Below, one piece after another: positions 31,676-32,000 of a DNA stretch of 32,000 bases (positions are counted from its first letter, which is position 1; the number at the start of each line of letters is the position of its first letter). Both the position numbers and the translations under genes were made by a program. Source of the stretch: Methanothermus fervidus DSM 2088 (GTDB lineage: Archaea; Methanobacteriota; Methanobacteria; DSM-2088; Methanothermaceae); the NCBI GenBank assembly GCA_000166095.1, contig CP002278.1:120001-152000 (forward strand). Reading direction: 5' to 3'. The notes beneath the pieces are model-generated. The model was not told the origin of the DNA. It did no database searches and saw nothing but the letters and a program-made list of their open reading frames with translations.

Positions 31676-32000
31676 ATATAAAGCGGAAATTCACCTTTAT
31701 GTAATGCTGTGCCTACTAATATTTTTTTTATTCCGAAATTTTTTATTTTTGGAACATCTTTGAGTGTTATACCTCCTCCTAAAATCAATTTATCCTTTAA
31801 ATCTTTAAATATTTCTATAATATTTTCATTAATACCCTTCTCTGTACCTACTCTACTAATATCTAACAATATTATTTCGGAAGATATACCAAGATCTAAA
31901 AGCTTATCTCTAAAATCAATCAGGGAAATATCTAAATTTTTTGAATATAATTTATCATCCTTAATGTCTACACTAACAACAATTCTACTTGTAGGGAATT
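31672..32000 (-). CDS. HisA-like (HisA/HisF superfamily) protein, partial, runs off the right edge
   Basis: The open frame continues past the track start: FPTSRIVVSVDIKDDKLYSKNLDISLIDFRDKLLDLGISSEIILLLDISRVGTEKGINENIIEIFKDLKDKLILGGGITLKDVPKIKNFGIKKILVGTALHKG. Confidence 0.75.
   Translation of the reverse strand, partial: FPTSRIVVSVDIKDDKLYSKNLDISLIDFRDKLLDLGISSEIILLDISRVGTEKGINENIIEIFKDLKDKLILGGGITLKDVPKIKNFGIKKILVGTALHKGEFPLYI

Noticed and set aside
1-32000. tRNA, rRNA or other structural RNA genes
   Set aside because: I looked in the intergenic gaps for tRNA T-loop/CCA-like patterns and rRNA motifs and found none. Gaps are short and AT-rich. Small structured RNAs cannot be excluded without Infernal/tRNAscan.

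Overview
This is an AT-rich archaeal window whose gene content and order point to a methanogen of the Methanobacteriales type (inference, no database search was run). Most of it is densely packed housekeeping sequence. It contains: birA(partial)/pycA; an exported GGAI-repeat beta-helix protein; a METTL5-like methyltransferase; a cobamide block (CobZ-like, CobS); Trm56; a fumarase/tartrate dehydratase beta-type protein; MfnA; PpsA; rpl10e; a radical-SAM NrdG-like activase; HisC; a GlmU-like/GlmM pair; ApgM; a DUF92 family membrane protein; rps3ae; PaaK; a PRC-barrel protein; a zinc-finger/OPRTase fusion; MoaB; an ACT protein; an M14-like exported peptidase; and the secE-spt5-rpl11-rpl1-rplP0-rpl12-alaS-DUF39/ferredoxin-thiI block. 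I did not find a CRISPR array, an intact mobile element, an rRNA or tRNA, or a convincing new defence system. The observations most worth a second look are: (1) an unannotated, heavily decayed TnpB (IS200/IS605-type) remnant on the minus strand at about 1594-1828, directly upstream of pycA, with a possible hairpin at 1985-2010; (2) a single-base frameshift in an A6T5 run that removes the conserved C-terminus of the DUF92 protein; (3) a zinc-finger domain fused to an orotate phosphoribosyltransferase; (4) an exported M14-like protein with an HPYE...DIHSG...EWG pattern.
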